A DNA stretch of 64,000 nucleotides from Candidatus Brocadiia bacterium (GTDB lineage Bacteria; Planctomycetota; Brocadiia; SM23-32), in NCBI GenBank assembly GCA_046483385.1, contig JAWODG010000026.1, forward strand, positions 26,816 through 90,815. The letters are read 5' to 3'. The position numbers and the translations under genes are program-made. Shown piece after piece: positions 52,259 through 61,849 of this stretch; positions within the stretch are counted from its first letter, which is position 1, and each line of letters starts with the position of its first letter. The notes beneath the pieces are model-generated. The model made no database searches, was not told where the DNA came from, and worked only from the letters and a program-made list of their open reading frames with translations.

Positions 52259-55200
52259 ATGGAGGCACAGGTGCGCGTACACTGCCCCGACTGCCGGACC
52301 CCCTTCGACGTTCCGCCGGACTCCGACGAGGTGGAATGCCCCCACTGCGGCAACGGCTTCAGCGTCGTGGCGGAGGCGCCCACCCTGACTCACGGACCCG
52401 CTGCTCAGCCCGAGAGTACCGATAGCTCGGCCGGCACGGGCCCGCGCATTCGCATCTACTGCCCGGAGTGCCGGAAGGAACTCACCCTCCCAAGGGGGCA
52501 GCCCTACGGCAACTGCCCTGCCTGTGGTGCGGACCTTGAGGCCGACCAGGCGGACGAAACGGTCACCGCGGCGGACGACGACCTTCACACCGCCCGCACC
52601 ATGCCCACCGCGCGCACGGCCGCCACCCAGGGCTACGACGAGCCGGCGGAAGAGGCGCGCGAGTGGCTGGAAATCCACCTGGCCGACAAGTATCAGATAC
52701 GCGAGTTCGTGGCCCGCGGCGGCATGGGCGCCATCTACAAGGCCCGCCAACTGCAACCCTCCCGCGACGTCGCCCTGAAAGTCATGCTCAGTGGCGCCTT
52801 CGCCTCGCCCGCCCAACGCAAGCGTTTCGAGCGCGAGGCACAGGCAATCGCTCAACTGAACCACCCGGCGATTGTCCCCGTTTACGAGTACGGCGAAGTC
52901 GGCGGGCAGCCCTATTTCACCATGGAATACGTGGAGGGGCTCGACCTCGCCACATTCTGCCACGTCAACGATCTGGGTCGCCACGAGGTCGCCCGTCTGA
53001 TGGTCCGCGTGTGCGACGCCGTCCACTATGCCCACGAGCACGGCGTCATCCACCGGGACCTGAAGCCCGGCAACATCATCGTGGACGAGATGAGACGACC
53101 GCGGATACTGGACTTCGGGCTCTCCCGGCCGACCGCCGACAGCGCGGAACAGTTCTCCATGCTCACCGCCACGGGGGACTTCCTGGGAACGCCGCGGTAC
53201 ATGGCGCCCGAGCAGACCATCGGCAGGCCGGAGGCCGTGGACCGTCGCACGGACATCTATGCCCTCGGCGTGATGCTCTACGAACTGCTCTGCGGCATAC
53301 TGCCCTACCCCCTGGACCACGCCCGTGGCCTGGAGGTGTTCGAGTTGATCCGCCACGCTGAACCGATCCGGCCCGGGGCCCTTCACGAGAACTTCTCTCG
53401 CGACCTGGAGATCATACTCCTCAAGGCCATCGAGAAGGAAAAGGAACGCCGCTACCAGACCGCCGAGGCGCTGGCGGAGGACCTGGAGAACTTCCTGGCC
53501 GACCGCCCCATCAACGCCCGCCCCGCCACACTGGGGTATCGCCTGAGAAAGTGGGGCTGGCGCAACCGCCGCGTCCTGACTCCGGTATTCATATCCGGTG
53601 TGATACTCGTGGTCCTGGTCGGCATTTTCAGCGGACGCATCGCCCGCCTCGTCGAGCGCGTGCGCGACCTGGGCCGGAGCGTCGAGACGCGCGAGAGCGA
53701 GCTGAAGGGGTTCCTGGCGGGAGCGGAATCCGGCCGCGCGCGGGTGGAAGAGCTGATTGATTCCGGCGAATGGCAAAGGGCACTGTTCGGCGCGGAGTTC
53801 TTTGCCGAGAACCTGCCGGATGAGGCCGGCGTGGGCGACCTGCCCCTGCTGGTGCGCCGGCGGGCCGAGGATGCCGTCGCCGAGCAGTTGGGGGAGTTCC
53901 AGGCGGCTCTGCGCAACCAGGATTACGAGACGGCACGCACCTACGCCGAAGAGTTGGCGGGACTGTCGGCCGCCTTGCCGGCGCAGTTCGATGAACTCCG
54001 CTCCCGTGCCGCCGGGCCCGCCGAGGACTATGCCGGGAGATGCTGGCGCGACCTCCGGGCCGCCGTGGAGCGGTCGTACACCCCCGAGGACGCCACCGCC
54101 CGCATACGACAGTTCCTCCACGCCCTGCCCCAGAACCCCCACGAGGAGGAGGCCCGGCAACTGCTGGAGGAGATGCAGGAGAAGACCCCGGAGTTCTACC
54201 TTGCCCGTCACGAGGACGCCACGCTCAGAGCCCTGCAAAGCTACCAGTGGGAGACGGCGGCCGATGTCCTCCGCTCGGCCGGCCAACTGCTGGATCAGAA
54301 CGAGGTGCCGGAAGCCACGGATTGGCGGAGGCGCTTCGGCGAGCTGCGGGCACGGTTGAACTCAGTGATAAGAGCCGACACAGTGAATCAACTCGCCCTC
54401 CTGCGCCGCCTCGAAGCGCACGGGGCGTTCCTGAAGGACCTGGTGTTCTCAGCGGACGGCGACCGGCTCGTCTCCGTCGCCCTGCAGTCACCCGCGAAGG
54501 TCTGGAACACCGAAGACTGGAGCGTGGTCCATTCACTGGAGTACGAAGGAGAGGCCAGCGCCGGGGCACTCTCACCCGACGGGAACACACTTGCGCTGGG
54601 CACGCGCGAAGGCCGCATCATGCTCTGGTCGCTGGCAGATGGAGAGTTGCTGACTTCATTGCGCGGCGACGGCGGCCGCGTGAAGGATCTGATGTTCCTG
54701 CCTCGAGGCGACACCCTCATCGCGTCCCACAGGACGGCGGTCTCCGCCTGGAACGTTTCCAGCGGCACAGCCCTGGAGGAACCGACATTCCCGGGACAGG
54801 CGCCGGCGGCCCTGTCGCCGGACGGCCGGGTGCTCGCGGCCGCGCAGGGAGAGGCAGGCATCGCCTTTTGGAACAACGAAACGGGCCGACGAGAGCAACT
54901 GCTGGAGGTGGCCGGTCCCCGCCTGGTGGAGTTCTCCCCGGACGGCTCAACGCTCGCGGTCATCCACAGGCCCGAGGACTCCGAACAGCCGGTCGGTCGG
55001 CTGTGGGACGTCGGGAGCGAAAGCTGGCAGGCCGAGTTCACCCCCAGCCGGGTGCGGGTGCTCACGATGCTCTTCTCGCCGGACGGGCGGATGCTGGCGA
55101 CGGTCACCGGCGGCGTTGAGCAGAAGTTCGTGGCCTTCTGGAGCGTGCCGGACGGTCGGGACCTCGGGCGGCTGGAACTGGACGATACGCCCTGGACCGC

Positions 55201-55318
55201 CGCCATCCGCCCCGATTGTCGGCAGCTCGTTGTAGGTCACAATAACGGGCGTATCTCAGTCTGGGGCCTGCCGGGCGGGGCCAATGAGGGCGCGGCGGTT
55301 GAACGGACCGACCGCTGA
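52259..55318 (+). CDS. Ser/Thr protein kinase with two N-terminal zinc ribbons, one TM helix and a C-terminal WD40-like repeat domain
   Basis: Zinc ribbons CPDCRTPF...CPHCG and CPECRKEL...CPACG. Kinase motifs GGMGAIYKA, VALK, HRDLKPGNI, DFGLS and YMAPE. TM segment VFISGVILVVLVGIFSG. The C-terminus has repeated SPDG/SADG...W blades. GTG at 52271, just after GGAGG, is an alternative start. Confidence 0.85.
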   Translation: MEAQVRVHCPDCRTPFDVPPDSDEVECPHCGNGFSVVAEAPTLTHGPAAQPESTDSSAGTGPRIRIYCPECRKELTLPRGQPYGNCPACGADLEADQADETVTAADDDLHTARTMPTARTAATQGYDEPAEEAREWLEIHLADKYQIREFVARGGMGAIYKARQLQPSRDVALKVMLSGAFASPAQRKRFEREAQAIAQLNHPAIVPVYEYGEVGGQPYFTMEYVEGLDLATFCHVNDLGRHEVARLMVRVCDAVHYAHEHGVIHRDLKPGNIIVDEMRRPRILDFGLSRPTADSAEQFSMLTATGDFLGTPRYMAPEQTIGRPEAVDRRTDIYALGVMLYELLCGILPYPLDHARGLEVFELIRHAEPIRPGALHENFSRDLEIILLKAIEKEKERRYQTAEALAEDLENFLADRPINARPATLGYRLRKWGWRNRRVLTPVFISGVILVVLVGIFSGRIARLVERVRDLGRSVETRESELKGFLAGAESGRARVEELIDSGEWQRALFGAEFFAENLPDEAGVGDLPLLVRRRAEDAVAEQLGEFQAALRNQDYETARTYAEELAGLSAALPAQFDELRSRAAGPAEDYAGRCWRDLRAAVERSYTPEDATARIRQFLHALPQNPHEEEARQLLEEMQEKTPEFYLARHEDATLRALQSYQWETAADVLRSAGQLLDQNEVPEATDWRRRFGELRARLNSVIRADTVNQLALLRRLEAHGAFLKDLVFSADGDRLVSVALQSPAKVWNTEDWSVVHSLEYEGEASAGALSPDGNTLALGTREGRIMLWSLADGELLTSLRGDGGRVKDLMFLPRGDTLIASHRTAVSAWNVSSGTALEEPTFPGQAPAALSPDGRVLAAAQGEAGIAFWNNETGRREQLLEVAGPRLVEFSPDGSTLAVIHRPEDSEQPVGRLWDVGSESWQAEFTPSRVRVLTMLFSPDGRMLATVTGGVEQKFVAFWSVPDGRDLGRLELDDTPWTAAIRPDCRQLVVGHNNGRISVWGLPGGANEGAAVERTDR

Positions 55319-55373
55319 AGCTATAAGGATAGATTGAGTCCGATGAGACATCCCCGCGGAAAGGCATGGAACA

Positions 55374-55871
55374 ATGACGCCAGTGTACAATGCGCGCGAA
55401 GTTCTGGAGATGGCCTGTCAGATCGAACGCAACGGCGGACGCTTCTACCGGCAGGCCGCCCTCAAGGCCGAGGACGAAAATGTGCGCGCCGTCCTGAACG
55501 GTCTGGCCGAGATGGAAGAGGACCACGAGGACCTGTTCGAGGCCCTGCAGGAAGACCTGTCCGATGACGATGTCCCCCTGCCGGCCTACGATCCCGAGGA
55601 CGACGTCGCTCACTACCTCCGAGCCGCCGCGGACACGCACGTTTACAACGTTTACCGGGACTGCCCCGATGCCATGGCGGATGTCGCTTCCGCCGCCGAA
55701 GCGTTGGAGAGGGCCATCCAGTTCGAGAAGGACACCGTCTGCTTCTTCCTCGGCGTTCGGGACATGGTGCCGGAAGGCCTCGGCCGCGCGGAGGTGGACC
55801 GACTGATCCGCGAAGAGATGGACCACATCACCCAACTGAGCCGGCAGATGGACCAGTTGGCCGGCGAGTAG
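55374..55871 (+). CDS. ferritin-like/rubrerythrin-family four-helix-bundle protein
   Basis: 165 aa with paired E...ExxH-like segments (LEMACQIERNGGRFY..., LAEMEEDHEDLF, AIQFEKDTVCFF, REEMDHITQL). Confidence 0.65.
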   Translation: MTPVYNAREVLEMACQIERNGGRFYRQAALKAEDENVRAVLNGLAEMEEDHEDLFEALQEDLSDDDVPLPAYDPEDDVAHYLRAAADTHVYNVYRDCPDAMADVASAAEALERAIQFEKDTVCFFLGVRDMVPEGLGRAEVDRLIREEMDHITQLSRQMDQLAGE

Positions 55872-55896
55872 GCAACCTAAGCACGAATCCGTAACG

Positions 55897-55926
55897 TTGA
55901 CAGGCGTCCTCCTTCTGCGGTAGAAT
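55897..55926 (+). promoter_or_regulatory. candidate promoter for the rpmF-plsX-fab operon
   Basis: TTGACA (55897-55902), an 18-nt spacer, then TAGAAT (55921-55926). It is followed by a leader of about 190 nt before the rpmF ATG. Confidence 0.5.
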
Positions 55927-56121
55927 TTGAACGTTCGCCTGATCCCGAGAGTTCGGGCATTATCTTCGCTCTGCGTCTCCATTTCCCGAACGATCCCCCA
56001 TTCCGCTCCGGCGACGGCGTGTTTTCGCGTCGCGGAACTGGACCGGGATTGAGTTCGTGGCCGGACGCATCCTCTCCTTCAGGTCAGCCTCGTTTGAACG
56101 AGCACACGGAGGATACACAGC

Positions 56122-56346
56122 ATGGCGGTTCCAAAGAGAAGAACCAGCAAGTCGCGCAAACGAAAACGCCGAACCCACTGGACTCTGGATGAGCCCAACA
56201 TCCCCAAGAGCCAGAAGGTGCGGGCCGAGGGCACGCGGTCGAAGAAATTCTTCTGCAGCAACTGCAGCCAGGTCAAACCGCCCCACTCGGTCTGCCCCAA
56301 CTGCGGCTACTACCGCGGCCGTTCGATGATCGAGGTGGAGCGATAG
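56122..56346 (+). CDS. rpmF: 50S ribosomal protein L32 (zinc-ribbon type, with insertion)
   Basis: Starts MAVPKRRTSKSRKRKRRTHW and contains CSNCSQVKPPHSVCPNCGYY. It is 74 aa against about 57-60 aa typical. Confidence 0.9.
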   Translation: MAVPKRRTSKSRKRKRRTHWTLDEPNIPKSQKVRAEGTRSKKFFCSNCSQVKPPHSVCPNCGYYRGRSMIEVER

Positions 56347-56360
56347 GCGGAACTGCGCCC

Positions 56361-57428
56361 ATGAACGCCTCCGACCAGGATATCTCGCGGGTTGCCCCGC
56401 TGTCCGGCACCGCCCGCATAGCCGTCGACGCCACCGGTGGAGACGCGCACATGCAAGAGCGGATCAACGGTGCCCTGGAGGCGGCTGCGAAGTACCCGGA
56501 CATCGAGGTCATTCTGTGCGGACCTCGGGCGGAAGTGGAGCAGAGCGTCCGCGCGGCGGATTCTCGCCCGGACAACCACCGCATCGTCGATGCCCCGGAA
56601 CGCATCGGCATGCACGAGTCCCCCGTCCAGGCCCTGCGGGGCAAGCCCGACTCATCAATCGCCGTCGGCATCGCCTTGCTGGCTGACGGGGAGGCGGACG
56701 CATTCGTGAGCGCCGGCAACACCGGCGCCGTCGCCGCCGCTGCCACTCTCAAACTGGGCAGACCCGAGGGTGTCCACAGGCCCGGTATCGCCGCGCCGAT
56801 GCAGGTGCTGGACTACCCCGTCGTGGCCATCGACGTCGGCGCCAACGTTGACTGTAAACCCATTGCGCTGCTGCAGTACGGCATCATGGCCAGCGTCTTC
56901 GCCCGGGAGGTCATCGGGATCGGGAACCCCCGCGTCGGACTGCTGAACGTGGGCGAAGAAGCAAGCAAGGGAAACGAGTTAACCAAACAGGCTTATGGCC
57001 TGTTGAACGAAGCCGATCTCAACTTCGTCGGCAACATCGAACCGGACAGGTTCTTCCACCACGGCTGCGACGTGTTGGTCTGCGACGGGTTCGCGGGCAA
57101 CGTCCTGCTGAAATTCGGGGAAAGCATGATCCTGCGCCTTGTCGAGTGGCTGCGCGAGCAGGTGGGAACGCGGCTGCGCTACAAGATAGGAATGGGCCTG
57201 TGCAAGGACCTGTTCCGCCACTTGAAACACTGCGGCGACTACTCCGAATACGGCGGGGCGCCCCTTCTCGGGGTCAACGGCGTTACCATCATCACACACG
57301 GGACGTCCGACGCCCGGGCCATGCGGAATGCCATCCGCGAGGCGCGCAGCTTCGTCGAGCATCACGTGAGCGCCCACATCGCCGAAGCTATTCTCCAGGA
57401 CGAGGCCCGGCGCAGCGTCTCGGCCTGA
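56361..57428 (+). CDS. plsX: phosphate acyltransferase PlsX
   Basis: Contains IAVDATGGD, ADAFVSAGNTGA and GAPLLGVNGVTIITHGTS. Confidence 0.92.
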   Translation: MNASDQDISRVAPLSGTARIAVDATGGDAHMQERINGALEAAAKYPDIEVILCGPRAEVEQSVRAADSRPDNHRIVDAPERIGMHESPVQALRGKPDSSIAVGIALLADGEADAFVSAGNTGAVAAAATLKLGRPEGVHRPGIAAPMQVLDYPVVAIDVGANVDCKPIALLQYGIMASVFAREVIGIGNPRVGLLNVGEEASKGNELTKQAYGLLNEADLNFVGNIEPDRFFHHGCDVLVCDGFAGNVLLKFGESMILRLVEWLREQVGTRLRYKIGMGLCKDLFRHLKHCGDYSEYGGAPLLGVNGVTIITHGTSDARAMRNAIREARSFVEHHVSAHIAEAILQDEARRSVSA

Positions 57429-57465
57429 CAGCCCCCTCACCAACCCCCATTCGAAAGACCGCAAT

Positions 57466-58461
57466 ATGCATACCGCTGAACACTTGCCGGTCGAGGTGGC
57501 CGGAGTTGGCAGCTACCTGCCGGAACGCGTTCTGAGCAACTTCGACCTGGAAGAGATGGTTGACACTTCGGACGAGTGGATCGTCCCCCGCACCGGGATC
57601 CGGGAGCGCCGCATAGCCGCGGAGGACCAGGCAACCAGCGATCTGGCCGTTGCCGCCGCCCGGGACGCGCTGGCCAGGGCCGGCCTGACGGCCGAGCAGC
57701 TTGATGCCGTGCTGGTCGCCACATGCACGCCCGACCACCTCTTCCCCGCCACCGCGTGCCTCGTGCAGGACGCCATCGGCGCCACCAATGCCATGGCGTG
57801 CGACCTCGAGGCCGCCTGCAGCGGGTTCGTCTACGGCTTTGTGTACGCCTCCGGGTTGATAGCCTCCGGGATGGCGCAGAACATCCTTGTTATCGGCGCC
57901 GAGACCCTCTCACGCGTCACCGACTACACCGACCGCCGCACCTGCATCCTGTTCGGCGACGGCGCGGGTGCCGCCATCCTGCGACCATCCCAAAACGGCG
58001 GCCGGATGCTGTATGCCGAGCTCGGGGCCGACGGTTCCCGACCCGAGATACTGGAGATCCCCGCCGGAGGCACCCGCCTGCCCGCTTCCCACGAAACGGT
58101 GGACGCACGCAGGCACTACATGCAGCTTCAGGGACGCGAAGTCTTCAAGCTTGCCGTCAACAAGCTTATTGAGCTGATGCAGCGTATCCCGGAGCGTGCC
58201 GGCGTGTCGCTCGACGACATCAAGATGGTGCTCCCCCATCAGAGCAACGTGCGCATCATCAAGAGCGCCCTCGAACGGTCCGGGCTGGAACTGGAAAAGG
58301 CATACATGAACATCGACAGCGTCGGCAACACCTCCGCCGCCTCCATTCCGCTGGCTTTTGCCGAAGCCGTGGAACGCGGAGAACTGGAACGCGGCGACCT
58401 GGCTCTGCTGCTGGCTTTCGGCGGGGGGCTCACCTGGGGTTCGGCGCTCTTCAGATTCTGA
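57466..58461 (+). CDS. fabH: 3-oxoacyl-ACP synthase III
   Basis: Contains TSDEWIVPRTGIRERR, the active-site context LEAACSGFVY, HQSNVRII and GNTSAASIP. Confidence 0.93.
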   Translation: MHTAEHLPVEVAGVGSYLPERVLSNFDLEEMVDTSDEWIVPRTGIRERRIAAEDQATSDLAVAAARDALARAGLTAEQLDAVLVATCTPDHLFPATACLVQDAIGATNAMACDLEAACSGFVYGFVYASGLIASGMAQNILVIGAETLSRVTDYTDRRTCILFGDGAGAAILRPSQNGGRMLYAELGADGSRPEILEIPAGGTRLPASHETVDARRHYMQLQGREVFKLAVNKLIELMQRIPERAGVSLDDIKMVLPHQSNVRIIKSALERSGLELEKAYMNIDSVGNTSAASIPLAFAEAVERGELERGDLALLLAFGGGLTWGSALFRF

Positions 58462-58482
58462 AACTTCGAGCAGGGACTGAAC

Positions 58483-59427
58483 ATGGACAGCATCGCACTG
58501 CTCTTCCCCGGTCAGGGGGCACAGACCGTAGGAATGGGCCGGGACATCGCCGAGATGTCCCCGCCGGCCCGCCAGACCTTCGATGCCGCCAACGAAACGC
58601 TCGACATGGAGCTGGACCGGCTCTGCTTTGAAGGCCCGCAGGTGGAACTCTCCCGCAGCGACGTGGCCCAGCCGGCCATCCTGACGGTCAGCGTGGCCAC
58701 GTTGCGAGCATTGGAAGATGCCGCCGGGGGGCTGCCGCCCGTGGCCGGCACCGCTGGCCTGAGCCTGGGGGAATACAGCGCCCTCGTGGCCGCCGGCGCC
58801 CTCGAGTTCCGGGATGCCGTGGGCCTCGTCCGCAAGCGGGGTCTGTACATGCAGGAGGCCTGCGACGCCAACCCGGGCACGATGTACTCGGTGCTCGGGC
58901 TCGAGGACGAAGAGGTCGAGGACGCCTGCACCGAGGCCCGGGGCCGCAGCAACGGGCTGGTGTGGCCTGCCAACTACAACTGCCCCGGTCAAGTCGTCAT
59001 CAGCGGGCAGGAGAAAGCCGCCGCGTACGCCGCGGAAATATGCGATGAGATGGGCGCCCGCCGGGTCATCCAACTGGACGTTGCCGGCGCCTTCCACACC
59101 CGGTTGATGGAACCGGCGCGGGATAAGCTGGCCATCGAGCTTGAGAACGTGGAGATCAGCGAGCCCCGCTACCCCGTCGTTTCCAACGTGACCGGGGAAC
59201 CGAACCGTGACCCGGACAGGATACGGGAGCTGCTGGCTCTGCAGGTCACCAGCTCTGTCCGGTGGGCCGACGGCATGCGGTGGCTGGCCGGACAAGGCAT
59301 CACCGACTACCTGGAGGTCGGCCCGGGCAAGGTTCTGAGGGGACTCCTGAGACGAATAGACCGGAGTCTGAACTGCCAGAGCGTGAACACTGCGGAGGAC
59401 GTCACCGAGACAGCCGACACACTTTGA
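58483..59427 (+). CDS. fabD: malonyl-CoA:ACP transacylase
   Basis: Contains LFPGQGAQTVGMG, GLSLGEYSALV and AGAFHT. Confidence 0.93.
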   Translation: MDSIALLFPGQGAQTVGMGRDIAEMSPPARQTFDAANETLDMELDRLCFEGPQVELSRSDVAQPAILTVSVATLRALEDAAGGLPPVAGTAGLSLGEYSALVAAGALEFRDAVGLVRKRGLYMQEACDANPGTMYSVLGLEDEEVEDACTEARGRSNGLVWPANYNCPGQVVISGQEKAAAYAAEICDEMGARRVIQLDVAGAFHTRLMEPARDKLAIELENVEISEPRYPVVSNVTGEPNRDPDRIRELLALQVTSSVRWADGMRWLAGQGITDYLEVGPGKVLRGLLRRIDRSLNCQSVNTAEDVTETADTL

Positions 59428-59441
59428 GGGGAGGACACGAC

Positions 59442-60185
59442 GTGAGTATTCTTGAAGGCAAAACAGCGCTCGTGACGGGGGCCTCGCGGGGCATCGGCCG
59501 CGCCATTGCCCTGCGGCTGGCCCGCGACGGCGCCAACATTGCCGGACTCGACATTAAAGCGGAACTGCTGGAGGAGACCGGCGCCCTGGTCCGCGAGCAG
59601 TCGGTGGCGTTCCTCCCCATCACGGCTGACGTAACTGACTTCGACGAAATGAAGGAAGCCGTGGGCCGGGTCACCGATTCCTTCGACAGCCTCGACATAC
59701 TGGTCAACAACGCGGGCATCACGCGCGACAACCTGCTCATCCGGATGAGCGACGCGGACTGGAAGGCGGTCCTGTCGGTCAACCTCACCGGGGTGTTCAA
59801 CGGCGTTAAGGCCGTCGCCCGGCCGATGATGCGACAGCGGAGCGGGCGCATCGTGAACATCGCCAGCGTGGTGGGGATGATCGGCAACGCCGGGCAGGCC
59901 AACTACTCTGCCAGCAAAGGAGGCGTCATTGCCCTGACCAAGACGGCCGCGCGGGAGCTGGCGTCCCGCAGCATAAACGTCAACGCCGTGGCGCCGGGCT
60001 TCATCCGCACGGCGATGACCGACGAGTTGAGCGACGAGGCCCGCGAAGGGGCGCTCGCGCAGATCCCGTTCGGGCGCTTCGGCGGACCGGAAGATGTGGC
60101 CGCCGTTGTAGCCTTTCTGGCCGGCCCTGACGCATCTTACCTGACGGGACAGGTCGTGAGGGTGGACGGCGGCATGGTCATGTAG
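59442..60185 (+). CDS. fabG: 3-oxoacyl-ACP reductase
   Basis: The GTG at 59442, after the SD GAGGGGAGGA, gives (M)SILEGKTALVTGASRGIGRAIA. Also contains NNAGI and YSASKGG. Confidence 0.92.
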   Translation: MSILEGKTALVTGASRGIGRAIALRLARDGANIAGLDIKAELLEETGALVREQSVAFLPITADVTDFDEMKEAVGRVTDSFDSLDILVNNAGITRDNLLIRMSDADWKAVLSVNLTGVFNGVKAVARPMMRQRSGRIVNIASVVGMIGNAGQANYSASKGGVIALTKTAARELASRSINVNAVAPGFIRTAMTDELSDEAREGALAQIPFGRFGGPEDVAAVVAFLAGPDASYLTGQVVRVDGGMVM

Positions 60186-60333
60186 AGCTCCCTCGGGCGC
60201 TTGCAAGACCGGGCTTCGGCCCATTACAATGCAGCGGTCTAAGGCACCGTCTCATCACGCCAGATCGCGCCGGCCCTTCACTCGAGAAGGCGGGCGCAAC
60301 TACTTTTCTTTACAGACACCGGGAGGTGCAGAA

Positions 60334-60573
60334 GTGGCTGACGATGTCAGAGAACGGGTGATCAAACTGATTGCCGAACGCATGGACGTCGATCCGGATC
60401 AGATCACGGACGACACGCATTTTGTCAACGACCTCCAGTCCGACTCCCTGGACATGGCGGAACTGGTCATCGACCTGGAGGAAGAATTCGACCTCAGCAT
60501 AAGTGACGAGGAAGCCCAGCAGATCGAGACCGTGGGCCAGGCCATTCAGCACATTGAAGAAAGCCAGCAATGA
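60334..60573 (+). CDS. acpP: acyl carrier protein
   Basis: GTG at 60334 after GGGAGG. The phosphopantetheine site is in DLQSDSLDMAELV. Protein is 79 aa. Confidence 0.92.
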   Translation: MADDVRERVIKLIAERMDVDPDQITDDTHFVNDLQSDSLDMAELVIDLEEEFDLSISDEEAQQIETVGQAIQHIEESQQ

Positions 60574-61817
60574 CCGATAGACGGGTCGTCGTAACGGGTA
60601 TCGGCGTCATCTCGCCGGTGGGCAACAGCAGGGAGACTGCGTGGCCCGCCATCCGGGAGGGTCGCAGCGGAATTGACCGTATCACGGCCTTTGACACGTC
60701 CGAGTACAGCGTGCACATAGCCGGTGAAGTCACGGATTTCGATCCGCTGGACTACTTCACCAAGCGGGAGCTGAACCGCCTCGACCGGTTTGTGCAGTTC
60801 GCCCTGGTGGCCGCCGACCAGGCGCTCGAAAGCGCCGGTCTGGATGTCGAGCAGGAGGATCCCGCCCGCGTCGGGGCGTATATAGGCACGGGCATCGGTG
60901 GCCTTCACGAGATCGAGGCCCAGCACACGCGGCTGCTGAAAAGCGGCCCGAACCGCACCAGCCCGCTGATGATACCCAAGCTGATGACCAACGCCGCCGC
61001 CGGCCAGGTCGCCATGCGCTACAGCCTTCACGGACCCAGCATGTCCGTCTCCAGCGCCTGCGCTTCCGCCTCTCACGCCATAGGCGAGGCCTGCGACTGC
61101 ATCCGCAACGGCATGGCGGAGGTCCAGATTTGCGGAGGTTCGGAAGCCGCTGTCACCCCGATGGGCCTCAGCGGCTTTCAGCAGATGAGGGCCCTTTCAA
61201 CCCGGAACGACGACCCGCCCCACGCAAGCCGCCCCTTCGACGCCAACCGCGACGGCTTCGTCATGGCGGAAGGGGCCGGCGTGCTTATCCTCGAGGAACT
61301 GGAACACGCCCGGAAGCGCGGCGCCCCCATACTGGCCGAGATCGTCGGATACGGCGCCAGCAGCGATGCCTACCACATCACTCTGCCCGAACCGGACGGA
61401 CGCGGCGCCGCGCGCGCCATGGCCAATGCCCTGGCCGACGCCGGCATCGAACCCGCCGACGTGGACTACATAAACGCCCACGGCACCGGCACTCCGGCCG
61501 GCGACGACGTGGAGGCAAAGGCGGTCGTCAGCGTATTCGGTGACGAGGCGGACAATCTGGCCATCAGCTCCACCAAAAGCATCTTCGGCCACCTGCTCGG
61601 CGCATCCGGCGCGCTGGAGAGTGCCGTCTGCATCTGGGCCATGCAGGACGGCGCCGCGCCGCCGACCATAAACCTTGACGACCCCGACCCGGAATGCTGC
61701 GGACTCAACTTTGTGCCGCATGAAGCGCAGGAGCGCGAAATAGATGTCGCCGTCAATAACTCCTTCGGGTTCGGAGGCCATAACGTCTCGCTCGTGCTGC
61801 GCAAGTTCACCGGCTGA
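60570..61817 (+). CDS. fabF: 3-oxoacyl-ACP synthase II
   Basis: Contains RVVVTGIGVISPVGN, SSACASASHAIG, NAHGTGT and GFGGHN. The ATG overlaps the acpP stop (ATGA). Confidence 0.93.
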   Translation: MTDRRVVVTGIGVISPVGNSRETAWPAIREGRSGIDRITAFDTSEYSVHIAGEVTDFDPLDYFTKRELNRLDRFVQFALVAADQALESAGLDVEQEDPARVGAYIGTGIGGLHEIEAQHTRLLKSGPNRTSPLMIPKLMTNAAAGQVAMRYSLHGPSMSVSSACASASHAIGEACDCIRNGMAEVQICGGSEAAVTPMGLSGFQQMRALSTRNDDPPHASRPFDANRDGFVMAEGAGVLILEELEHARKRGAPILAEIVGYGASSDAYHITLPEPDGRGAARAMANALADAGIEPADVDYINAHGTGTPAGDDVEAKAVVSVFGDEADNLAISSTKSIFGHLLGASGALESAVCIWAMQDGAAPPTINLDDPDPECCGLNFVPHEAQEREIDVAVNNSFGFGGHNVSLVLRKFTG

Positions 61818-61849
61818 CGCAGTTTGCGCGACTCCCCTCGGGGCACGAC

